From: Planctomycetia bacterium
GTDB lineage: Bacteria; Planctomycetota; Planctomycetia; Pirellulales; UBA1268
Assembly (NCBI GenBank): GCA_026401075.1
Contig: JAPLNQ010000259.1
Coordinates: 1 to 60,992, forward strand
Direction: 5' to 3'
DNA length: 60,992 nt
Of this stretch, positions 1 to 8,309 are shown in pieces. A program made the translations under genes and the position numbers. The notes under the pieces were generated by a model. It searched no databases and was not told the origin of the DNA. It was given only the letters and a program-made list of their open reading frames with translations. The number at the start of each line of letters is the position of its first letter. The stretch's first letter is position 1.

Positions 1-1
1 G

Positions 2-3000
2 CAATCGCCGCCGCTCGGTGGCGAGGTTGTCCTCTCCGGCACGGCGACAACCTACACAGGCGTGTCGGTGGCCGGAGCGAAGGTCCGTTGGCATGTGGAG
101 CGAGCCGTGCGCTTTCCGATCTGGTGCCGCTGGTTCTTCCCTGGGCTGCCGTTCGACGGCGGCGGGCAGCGGATCGCACGGGGCACTGCCGTTACGGATG
201 CCGCCGGGAAATTCACGATCACGTTTTCGGCGCGACCCGACAAGAGCGTGCCCAAGGAGTCGCTGCCCGTCTTCACTTACCGCGTCGTGGCCGACGTGAC
301 TGACCCAAGCGGCGAGACGCGGAGCGACGAGCGGAGCGTGAACGCGGGCTACACCGACACCGAGGCCTCGCTCTCGACGGAGGCCTGGCAGGCGACCGGC
401 GCCGATGGGAAACCAGCGGCCGTCGCGATCACGCTCGCCACGACCACGCTCGATGGCCAGCCCCGCGGGGCCGCTGGCACGCTCACCGTCTCGAAGCTCG
501 TGCAGCCGGCGGAGGTGAGCCGCAGCAGCTTTTTTGGCGCGGGGCAAGGTCCGCAACCTATTCGTGCCCGCCGCGGGCAGGGCAGGGGTGTCGTTCGCCC
601 GGCACCACAGCCGCAGCCGAATCCGGCCGATCCCGAGACCTGGGCCTTGGGTGAGGCCCTCGTGAAGGAACAACTCTCCACCGACAAAGCCACCGGAAAA
701 CTCGTGGCCACGGCCACGCTACCGGTCGGCATCTACAAGGCGGTGTTCGAGATTCCGGCGGCCGGCGACATGCCGGCGGTGAAGGCCCAGCGGCTGATCG
801 AGGTGGTCGATGCTGATTCCGACCGCTACGGCATGAAGCGAGCCTTTGTGATGAAGTCGCAGAAGCAGACGGTCGAACCGGGCAGCGAGTTTTTAGCACT
901 GATCGGCACAGGCTACGGCAACGGCCGTGCGCTCGTCGAGATCTCGCAGTCTGGAAAGATTCTCAAGACGTTCTGGACCGTGGCGGGCCGGACGCAATGG
1001 CCCGTGACTATAGACGTCGGCAATGAACACCGTGGCGGTTTTACGGTTCGCGCCTGGATGGTCCGCGATGGCCGGCTCCATATGGAGTCACAGACGATTA
1101 TTGTGCCCTGGACCAACAAGAAGCTGTCGATTGCCTGGGAGCGATTCACGCGTCGGCTCGAGCCCGGCGCGAAGGAGATCTGGCGGGCCAAGATCGCAAG
1201 CGCCGCCGATCCGATCACGGGGCCGGCGGCGCCGGCGCTCGCCGAGATGGTGGCCACCCTCTATGACCAGTCTCTCGATGCCCTCGCCCCGCATCAGTGG
1301 CCCACCGACGGCCTGATGGGCCTGTTTCGGCGGGAGTCGAGCTGGATGAACCTCGCCTTCACGAACTCCGGCGAAGCCTTCAACCAGATTCTCGGCGGCT
1401 TCGCGACCAGCTACGTCGAAGTGCCGGAGATGTCTTACCGCATGCTCCGCGATCCGTTCGGCTCGCCGCTGCGCGGCGGGATAGGCGGCGGGATAGGCGG
1501 AGGGTTTGGCGGTCGCATGATGCGGGGCATGGCCCTCCGCGAAGCCGACAAGATGCCGATGGCGGCGGCCGCGGCGCCAGCCGGCCTGGCGAAGAATGCG
1601 ATGGCGATGGATGGCGTCGAAAAGCGAAAATCCGCGGACGCGAACCGCGATCGCGCGGAGTCCCAGCAGGACAAAGCGACAGGTGGACCCGGCGAGCCAG
1701 CTGGCCAGACGGCGACCGCTGCCGCGGCAGCTCCGCCCCCACGGAAAAACCTGGTCGAGACGGCGTTCTTTCTGCCGACGCTCACGTCGGACAAGGACGG
1801 CAACATCACGATCGAGTTCACGCTGCCAGACACGCTCACCACCTGGCAGTTCAAGGGGCTCGCCCACGACGCAAGCCTTCGCAGCGGCACGATCATCGAT
1901 AGCTGCGTGTCTGCAAAATCCCTGATGGTGGAGCCTGTGGTGCCGCGTTTTCTCCGCGAAGGCGACGTCGTGCAGATTCCAGTGAAGGTGAGCAACACCT
2001 CGACCGGACGGCTCTCGGGCAGCGTGAAGTTCTCGCTCACAGACGCCCGGACGAACGACTCGCGGGACAATCTCGTCGACGGCCCGCGGGAGCTGCCCTT
2101 CGATCTGGCCGCCGGCGAATCGAAGCCGGTCCTCTTTACCGTGAAGGTGGCCGACGGCACCAACACGCTCCGCTATCTCGCCACCGGCTCGGCCGGCAAG
2201 GCGGCTGACGGCGAAGAGGCGATGCTGGTCGTGCTGCCGCGGCGCGTGCTCATCAGCGAGAGCGTGCCGGTGACGCTCCGGGGACCGGGCGAACGGAAGG
2301 TGTCGCTCGACCGTCTCGTAAAGAGTGCCGGCACCGACATCCGCAGCCAGTCGCTCGTCGTGCAGGCGGCCTCGAATCCGGCCTGGTATGCCGTGCTCGC
2401 GCTGCCTTCGATCATGGAACAGGCAGACGAGAGCACCGAGACGCTCTTTACGCGGCTCTACGCCAACAGCCTCGCCCGGCATCTCGCCACGAGCGACCCG
2501 CGGATCGGTAAGGTCTTCGAGCAGTGGAAGGGGGCCGCTGCCGCAGGAAAAGCTGGCGCCCTGGAGAGCCCACTCGAGAAGAACACCGATCTCGTGAAGA
2601 CGCTGCTCGCCGAGACCCCGTGGGTCCGCGACGCGGTGGATGAGAAGGAGGCCCGGGCCCGCATCGCGCTCTTGTTTGACACGACGCGAACCGACAACGA
2701 AGCGCAGGCCGCGCTCAACCGGCTCCAGTCGCTGCGGAACGGCGACGGCGGCTGGCCGTGGTTTCCGGGTGGGCAGACCTGCGACTCCGTCACGCTCGGC
2801 ATCCTGTCGGGGTTCGGCCGGCTCCGCACGGCGGGCGTGAAGGCTGCGATACCCGGCGGCAACGACCTCGTGCAGCCGGCACTCCAGACGATTCCCTGGC
2901 TCGACGGCCGGCTCGTCGAGGAGAAACGTCGCGCGGAAAAGTTCTGGGGCGGCAAGCGAGACGACATCGTGCTCACGCCCATCGGCGTTTACGCCCTCTA

Positions 3001-4120
3001 TGCGCGGAGCTTCTTCACGGCCGACGCACCGCCGCAGGGCGAGGCGGCCGAGGCCATTCGGTGGGCATTTGACATCGGGCGAAAGTGCTGGATGAAGCTC
3101 GACGCCCGGCTCACGCAGGGACACTTGGCAATCGCACTGGCCCGGTCGGGCGACAGGCCGACGGCCCTCTCGATCATCGACAGCCTCCGGCAGCGGGCGG
3201 TCGACGCCGACGTGAAGCCCGGCGCTGAAAAAGAATCCTGGCAGGGGATGTGGTGGCGGGATCCGCATCCGGGCTGGTGGAGCTGGACGTATGCCCCGAT
3301 CGCCACGCAGACGATCATGATCGAGGCTTTTGACGAGGTGGCCGGTGACCGGGATGCCGTCGAGTCGCTCAAGGTCTGGCTCCTCTCGCAGAAGCGGACG
3401 AGCCAGTGGCCCGGCAGCCGCGCGACCGCAGATGCAGTGAGCGCACTGCTCGGCCGCGGCACCGACCTGCTCGCTTCGCAGGAGCTGGTGACCGTGACCG
3501 TGGGCGGTGAGAAGATCTCGCCGGAGCAGGTCGAGGCCGGCACCGGGTTCTTCGAAGAACGGTTCACGCGGCGCGAGATCGAGCCTGCGATGGGCCAGAT
3601 CGTCGTTGCCAAGAAGGACAAGGGCCTCGCCTTCGGCGGCGTCCACTGGCAGTACCTCGACGATATCTCGAGCGTGCCGGCGGCCGGCCGCGAGGAGCTG
3701 TCGATCGAGAAGCAGCTGTTCATCAAGAGGGTGACGAAGGCGGGGCCGGAGCTGGTGCCGGCGGCGAAGGACGGCGCCACAACAGTCGAAATGGGCGACG
3801 AACTGGTCGTGCGGCTGGTGGTGAAGAGCGACCGGGACTACGAGTTCCTCGAACTGCGCGATCATCGGCCAAGCCTCACCGAACCGGTTGACGTGCTCTC
3901 CGGCTGGCGATGGGGGGATGGCGCGGGCTGGTATATGGCCGTCCGCGACGCCTCGACGCAGCTCTTCTTCGAGCGGTTGCCGCGGGGCACGCATGTGTTT
4001 GAGTATTCGCTCCGCGCGGCCCACCGGGGCACGGCCTCGAGCGGCTTCGCGACGATCCAGAGCCGCTACGCCCCCGAGTTCTCCGCCCATTCGGCAAGCA
4101 TCCCGGTGGAGGTGAAGTAG
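2..4120 (+). CDS. alpha-2-macroglobulin family protein, 5'-truncated by window edge, thioester-less type
   Basis: The frame is open from nt 2, with no stop before the GTG at 62 used in the ORF track, so the N-terminus lies outside the window. It has repeated MG-like beta-sandwich segments. A Gly/Ala-rich bait-like stretch (RGGIGGGIGGGFGG...AAAAAPPPRK, ~nt 1450-1750) sits directly before ETAFFLPTLTSDKDGN..PDTLTTWQFKG. There is a TED-like toroid (NGDGGWPWFPGG) and a C-terminal receptor-binding-like domain. The thioester position reads LPSIMEQ rather than CxEQ. Confidence 0.85.
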   Translation, partial: QSPPLGGEVVLSGTATTYTGVSVAGAKVRWHVERAVRFPIWCRWFFPGLPFDGGGQRIARGTAVTDAAGKFTITFSARPDKSVPKESLPVFTYRVVADVTDPSGETRSDERSVNAGYTDTEASLSTEAWQATGADGKPAAVAITLATTTLDGQPRGAAGTLTVSKLVQPAEVSRSSFFGAGQGPQPIRARRGQGRGVVRPAPQPQPNPADPETWALGEALVKEQLSTDKATGKLVATATLPVGIYKAVFEIPAAGDMPAVKAQRLIEVVDADSDRYGMKRAFVMKSQKQTVEPGSEFLALIGTGYGNGRALVEISQSGKILKTFWTVAGRTQWPVTIDVGNEHRGGFTVRAWMVRDGRLHMESQTIIVPWTNKKLSIAWERFTRRLEPGAKEIWRAKIASAADPITGPAAPALAEMVATLYDQSLDALAPHQWPTDGLMGLFRRESSWMNLAFTNSGEAFNQILGGFATSYVEVPEMSYRMLRDPFGSPLRGGIGGGIGGGFGGRMMRGMALREADKMPMAAAAAPAGLAKNAMAMDGVEKRKSADANRDRAESQQDKATGGPGEPAGQTATAAAAAPPPRKNLVETAFFLPTLTSDKDGNITIEFTLPDTLTTWQFKGLAHDASLRSGTIIDSCVSAKSLMVEPVVPRFLREGDVVQIPVKVSNTSTGRLSGSVKFSLTDARTNDSRDNLVDGPRELPFDLAAGESKPVLFTVKVADGTNTLRYLATGSAGKAADGEEAMLVVLPRRVLISESVPVTLRGPGERKVSLDRLVKSAGTDIRSQSLVVQAASNPAWYAVLALPSIMEQADESTETLFTRLYANSLARHLATSDPRIGKVFEQWKGAAAAGKAGALESPLEKNTDLVKTLLAETPWVRDAVDEKEARARIALLFDTTRTDNEAQAALNRLQSLRNGDGGWPWFPGGQTCDSVTLGILSGFGRLRTAGVKAAIPGGNDLVQPALQTIPWLDGRLVEEKRRAEKFWGGKRDDIVLTPIGVYALYARSFFTADAPPQGEAAEAIRWAFDIGRKCWMKLDARLTQGHLAIALARSGDRPTALSIIDSLRQRAVDADVKPGAEKESWQGMWWRDPHPGWWSWTYAPIATQTIMIEAFDEVAGDRDAVESLKVWLLSQKRTSQWPGSRATADAVSALLGRGTDLLASQELVTVTVGGEKISPEQVEAGTGFFEERFTRREIEPAMGQIVVAKKDKGLAFGGVHWQYLDDISSVPAAGREELSIEKQLFIKRVTKAGPELVPAAKDGATTVEMGDELVVRLVVKSDRDYEFLELRDHRPSLTEPVDVLSGWRWGDGAGWYMAVRDASTQLFFERLPRGTHVFEYSLRAAHRGTASSGFATIQSRYAPEFSAHSASIPVEVK

Positions 4121-4180
4121 CCCCCCGTGGCGGCAAGTTTTCAACTTGCCGATGGACAAGATGCAATCTTGTCCCCACGG
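4121..4180. repeat. composite double-hairpin repeat, family B, copy 1
   Basis: Structure is ccgtgg-[ggcaagtt ttc aacttgcc]-gat-[ggacaagat gca atcttgtcc]-ccacgg: two adjacent hairpins closed by a 6-bp outer stem. The same unit recurs at 21397-21486 and 43652-43726. Confidence 0.8.
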
Positions 4181-4226
4181 ACGCCCCGCATCCGCCTCCC
4201 GTCCCCGCCGTGATATCCTTTGCCGT

Positions 4227-4622
4227 ATGACTCCGCACGACCCCGACCCCACCTCCCTCTCGAATGAACTCGCCCGCGAGCGGAATCGCGAGGCAGCCGA
4301 CCGCACGCTCTTGGCGTGGATCCGCACGAGCCTGGCGATGATCAGCCTGGGCTTCGGCATCGAGCGGCTGGGGCAGGCCGCCCTCTCGTTCGAAGGCAGG
4401 CTCTCCGGGTTTTCCCCGCTCAAGACCCAGGTCTTTGGGGCGTCGCTGATCGTGCTGGGCATGGCCGCAACGCTGGCCGGCATGTGGGAGCACCGCCACA
4501 TGCTCACCGCCATCCGCCGCGACGACTACCGCTATGCCGACCGGCCCCCGATCGCCCATTACATGGGCTGGGCGCTGGTGCTGGTGGGCGCGGCGGCGCT
4601 CGCGGCGATGCTGGGGATGTAG
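4227..4622 (+). CDS. DUF202 (YidH-like) small membrane protein
   Basis: ELARERNREAADRTLLAWIRTSLAMISLGFGIERL matches the DUF202 signature and is followed by two more hydrophobic helices. I chose ATG 4227 because the upstream in-frame ATGs (4146-4161) lie inside the family B repeat. Confidence 0.7.
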   Translation: MTPHDPDPTSLSNELARERNREAADRTLLAWIRTSLAMISLGFGIERLGQAALSFEGRLSGFSPLKTQVFGASLIVLGMAATLAGMWEHRHMLTAIRRDDYRYADRPPIAHYMGWALVLVGAAALAAMLGM

Positions 4623-4680
4623 GGTAAGCTCCAGGGATAGCTCTGGGGCTCGTCCCCCGTGTCCCCGGAACGTGCCTGCC

Positions 4681-6915
4681 ATGACCGGCTCCCTCACCGT
4701 CCGCCAGGCGGCTCTCTTCGTCGCAGTCATCACCTGCGTGGCCTTTCTCAATTCGTTCGCAGGCAAGTTCGTCCTCGACGACATCCAGGACATCGAGCAC
4801 AACGTGTCGCTCGAGCAACTGTTCCCGCCCTGGGACGCGATGTTCGTGGGCAACAAGCTGCCTGCGAGGCCTCTGCCCTACCTCACGTTTGCGATCGACC
4901 GTGCAATCTGGGGCGTGCGGCCCTTCGGCTACCACGTCACGAACCTGCTGATCCACGTGATCGCAGCCCTGACGCTCTTCTCCATCGTCAGGGTCACGCT
5001 CCTTTCCCCGCGGCTCCGTGGCCGCTGGGGCGACCGCGCGGTGCCGCTGGCGATGGTGATCGCGATGATCTGGGCCGTGCACCCGCTCCAGACGCAGGCG
5101 GTGACCTACGTCTACCAGCGAATCGAGTCGATGACGGGGATGTTGTGCCTGGTGTCGCTGGCCTGCTACGCGCAGGCAGCGGCGCGGGCGACTGGACGCG
5201 GATGGTCCGTCGCCTGGCTCACCGGCAGCGTGGCAGCGGCGGCCGGGGCAATGGCCTCCAAGGAGAGTGCGGTCGTGCTGCCGCTTGTGATCCTCGCCTA
5301 CGACTGGTTCTTCGTGGCCCACGAGCCGGCTGCATCGTGGCTCCACTCCCTCCGAGGCCGCCTCTGGTACTACGCCCTGCTGGCGAGCACGTGGCTCCTG
5401 ATCGGCCTGCAGCTCGTGATCCAGGCGACCAAATACCAGGAATTCAATGAGAAAAACCATCCGCCGTTCGAGTATGCCCTGACCCAGTCGGGCGTGATCC
5501 TCCATTACCTCAGGCTCGCCGTCTGGCCCGTCGGCCAACAGCTCGACTACTCGAGCTGGCCGGTGGCGACCTCGGTCTGGCAGGTGCTGCCGGCGCTCGT
5601 GACAATCGTCGCGATGCTCGCCATCACGGCCTTGGGCACATGGCAGCGGCGGGCGTGGGCCTGGCTGGGCGTCGTGTTTTTCCTGGCGCTTGCCCCCACG
5701 TCGAGCATCATGCCAATCGAAGCGGTGGCCAACGAGCACCGGATGTACGTCGCGCTAGCCGCGGTGGTGGCGGCGATCGTGATGGGCTCTGTCGATCTGG
5801 CCGACTGGATCGCCGCCCGCCGTCCCGGTCGGCTGTCAGGCGATGCCCGGATTCCAGCGGCGGTCGCCGGCGTCGTGATCATGCTGCTGGTGGTCACGAC
5901 GCAGTTTCGCAACCAGCTCTATTCGAAGGTCGGCGGTATCTGGCTCGACGTGCTCTCCAAGGATCCCGACAACTACCGGGCCAACTGGATGATGGCCAGC
6001 CTCTTCGACAGTGCCGGCGATCCTGAATCAGCCGAACAGTTTGCTGAGCGGTCCCTGCGGGCGAAGCCAACGACTCATGTCTTCAACGACCTTGCCAGCG
6101 GCCGCGTGCAGAGGGGTGATCTTGTAGGCGCCGAGGCGTTCTGTCGCCGCGGGCTCGCGCTGCAGCGGGAACTGCTGCCACCCGGTGACAAGGCCATGCT
6201 GGCCACGATCGGCGATCTGGCCGCGACGTTGCGGCTGGCGGGAAAACGAGACGATGCCGAGGCGATCTACGAACAATTCATAGACGCCATGCGGGAAAAG
6301 CTCGGCCCCGCCGATCCGGTCACACTGACCGCGGCGGCGACCATTGCGGAGGGCCTGAGCCGCAAGGGGGATCATGCAGCGGCCGCAGGACAGGCCCGTG
6401 AGACGCTCGAGGTGGCGCGACGGGCCAGGGGTGGCACCGATGGCCTTTCGATCAGCGCGGCGACTTCGCTCGCCAGAATCCTCATCGCCGCCGGCAGGCC
6501 CGACGATGCCGAGCAGGTCGTACAGGCATCCTTGGCGGATGTTGGAAGGTCGCGGCGAGGCCGCATCATCGACACTGCGGGGCTCGATGACGCGCTTGTG
6601 GAAATCCTCCTGGCAACCGGTCGGATCGACGAAGCCGTGGCCGTACGGCGACGACTGGCGACTGAAGCCGCCTCGCGCTACGGTCTGGATCATCCGCAAT
6701 CGCAGGCGACGGCGACGAAGCTGGCCGTGGCAATGGCCACGCAGGCTACGGCGAAGGGCGACCATGCGGAGGCCGCCAGACTCTATGCGATCCTGGTGGA
6801 TGGCTACACGCAGTCGGTCGGCCCCGACCATCCCGACACCGTTGCCGCGCAGGCCAAACTCGCGGCAGCCCGGCAGGCCGCCGGCCAGCCGCCCGGGGCG
6901 GCCCCGGCCCCCTGA
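4681..6915 (+). CDS. TMTC-like GT-C glycosyltransferase with C-terminal TPR repeats (paralog 1)
   Basis: Polytopic N-terminal half starting FVLDDIQDIEHNVSL...LPARPLPYLTFAIDRAIWGVRPFGYHVTNLLIHV, then TPR-like helical repeats over the last ~300 aa. I chose ATG 4681 because the upstream part of the listed ORF overlaps the DUF202 gene and is Arg/Trp-rich. The paralog at 27277-29121 shares the same N-terminal motifs. Confidence 0.75.
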   Translation: MTGSLTVRQAALFVAVITCVAFLNSFAGKFVLDDIQDIEHNVSLEQLFPPWDAMFVGNKLPARPLPYLTFAIDRAIWGVRPFGYHVTNLLIHVIAALTLFSIVRVTLLSPRLRGRWGDRAVPLAMVIAMIWAVHPLQTQAVTYVYQRIESMTGMLCLVSLACYAQAAARATGRGWSVAWLTGSVAAAAGAMASKESAVVLPLVILAYDWFFVAHEPAASWLHSLRGRLWYYALLASTWLLIGLQLVIQATKYQEFNEKNHPPFEYALTQSGVILHYLRLAVWPVGQQLDYSSWPVATSVWQVLPALVTIVAMLAITALGTWQRRAWAWLGVVFFLALAPTSSIMPIEAVANEHRMYVALAAVVAAIVMGSVDLADWIAARRPGRLSGDARIPAAVAGVVIMLLVVTTQFRNQLYSKVGGIWLDVLSKDPDNYRANWMMASLFDSAGDPESAEQFAERSLRAKPTTHVFNDLASGRVQRGDLVGAEAFCRRGLALQRELLPPGDKAMLATIGDLAATLRLAGKRDDAEAIYEQFIDAMREKLGPADPVTLTAAATIAEGLSRKGDHAAAAGQARETLEVARRARGGTDGLSISAATSLARILIAAGRPDDAEQVVQASLADVGRSRRGRIIDTAGLDDALVEILLATGRIDEAVAVRRRLATEAASRYGLDHPQSQATATKLAVAMATQATAKGDHAEAARLYAILVDGYTQSVGPDHPDTVAAQAKLAAARQAAGQPPGAAPAP

Positions 6916-6944
6916 GCCATCATGCCAATCGGCCCAACTGCCCT

Positions 6945-7014
6945 CACATAAAAGCCCCCGGCGGAAGCCGGGGGACTCCCACATAAAAGCCCTCGGCGGA
7001 AGCCGGGGGACTCC
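6945..7014 (+). repeat. family A GNRA-capped hairpin repeat, two tandem 35-bp copies
   Basis: cacataaaagcccccggcggaagccgggggactcc (6945-6979) is directly repeated at 6980-7014 with one C->T change in the stem. The hairpin is an 8-bp stem cccccggc/gccggggg with a GGAA loop. Confidence 0.9.
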
Positions 7015-7018
7015 GGAT

Positions 7019-7054
7019 CACAACGGATACCGGCCACCACACCGATCCGTTGTG
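7019..7054. terminator. 10-bp stem hairpin between convergent genes
   Basis: cacaacggat (7019-7028) pairs with atccgttgtg (7045-7054) across a 16-nt loop. It lies between the stop at 6915 (+) and the stop at 7063 (-). There is no clear U-tract. Confidence 0.35.
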
Positions 7055-7062
7055 CGGCATCG

Positions 7063-8171
7063 TTACCGGAATGCCACTCCTGACTGCTGCCCCTTCAACC
7101 GGGCGTGGTCGAGGAGAAAAAAGATCTGGCTGCCGACAAGCAGGAGCACGACCACGGCAGCACAGATCACCCGCGCACGGCCCCTCGCCGCCTCCGTGCG
7201 GAGCGACTGAAACCGTAGCCCGGCAATGAGATCGAAGAGCTGGAGCGGCAGAAACGCCTGCCAGATGAACACGATCGGGATGAAATACCTCACCGCCTGA
7301 TAACTGGCCGAGAGAAAAATGCTGTAGAGCGCGACCGTGAGCGCGAACAATGCCCAGACAAAGACCGCCGGGAGTTTTTTCTGTGCCACTCCCGGGGCCA
7401 CCTGCCCGAGCAGCGTGAAGGCGAGACAGAGGAACGCGTCCGCGCGAACGTCTGGTGGTGGAGGGCGGCCTTGCCGAGCAGATCGGCCACGTGCTGCACC
7501 GGCATGTGCCACATATAGGGATCGCAGATCGCGAACACAGCAAACGCGGCCATGACCATCCCGGCGAACTGCCGCCAGCGGAGGGTCGTCCCAAGACCGC
7601 TCATGAGCACAGCGAAAAGAAAAGCCGTCGTGATCGAACCGATGTCGAAGCGGGTCGCCACGGCCAATCCCGCCACGAGGCTCCAGCCGGCGAGCCACCG
7701 CCACGACACCTTCTCCTGCTCCAGTATCCCGAGCGTGATGCGGAGCGTGACCAGCGTGAGCAGCACGAGCAACGGGCCGACCACCGCCGATGTGGGCGTG
7801 GAGACGGCATAGAGCTTGTCGACGGAGAGCGTGCCGACGACGGGCAGCCACCAGAGGCTATCGGGCCTGAGCCTGCGGCAGAGCGTCGCAATTGTGGCAA
7901 TCACGATGCTATTGAAGAGCGTCAGAAAGACCGGGAGCGCCGTCTCATACGAGATGCCGGCCAGATGATGGACGGCAATGGTGCCCAGGATGACGGGGCC
8001 GCCGGGGTGACCGTAGGCGTGTGCCGCGTTGAATTGCTCGGGGCTGCCCGCCTCGACATACCGGGCCTGATCCGACCAGAACGCCTCGTCCAGGATGCCG
8101 ACGTTGAAGAACACGAACCCCTGGCCAAGACAGGCGATGAGCAACGCAACGGCAAAGAAAGAGTTTTTCAT
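7063..8171 (-). pseudogene. GT-C-like polytopic membrane protein, frameshifted
   Basis: The frame from ATG 8171 (MKNSFFAVALLIACLG...GILDEAFWSDQARYVE...) reads as hydrophobic helices down to ...HVADLLGKAALHHQ (~7445-7475), then becomes Arg/Ser-rich junk. A second frame (listed ORF 7063-7851) becomes hydrophobic exactly there (DAFLCLAFTLLGQVAPG...FVWALFALTVALYSIFLSASYQ...). One indel near the ccaccacca run would join the two frames. Confidence 0.6.
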
Positions 8172-8216
8172 GCGGCCCACCACCGAGCGTCCAGCAAACA
8201 CACAAGCCCATCCGAC

Positions 8217-8255
8217 AAAAAACCGCAGCCGGAGAGGATGCCCCTCCGGCTGCGG
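8217..8255 (-). terminator. rho-independent terminator downstream of the DUF1559 gene
   Basis: Perfect 12-bp stem ccgcagccggag (8223-8234) / ctccggctgcgg (8244-8255) with a 9-nt loop. On the minus strand it is followed by TTTTTT (plus-strand A-run 8217-8222). Confidence 0.75.
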
Positions 8256-8309
8256 CGTTTGCGTCGATCTGCCTCAGGCTAGGCCGGAAGCAGAGCTTTA
8301 CGAATCAGA

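Noticed and set aside
4146-4226. Upstream ATGs extending the DUF202 ORF
   Set aside because: These ATGs lie inside the family B hairpin repeat (atggacaagatgcaatcttgtcc), and the extension has no membrane-protein character.
1088-4513. 1141-aa ORF antisense to the alpha-2-macroglobulin gene
   Set aside because: It is Arg/Ala/Gly/Pro-rich with no recognisable motif, and it is fully embedded opposite a gene with clear domain signatures. This is the stop-codon-poor antisense frame expected in high-GC DNA.
6945-7014. Possible CRISPR array (also considered for 47951-48092, 52997-53068 and 40701-40810)
   Set aside because: The repeats are head-to-tail or inverted, with no unique spacers of regular length, and number only 2-8 units of 9-35 bp. 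No cas genes are in the window.
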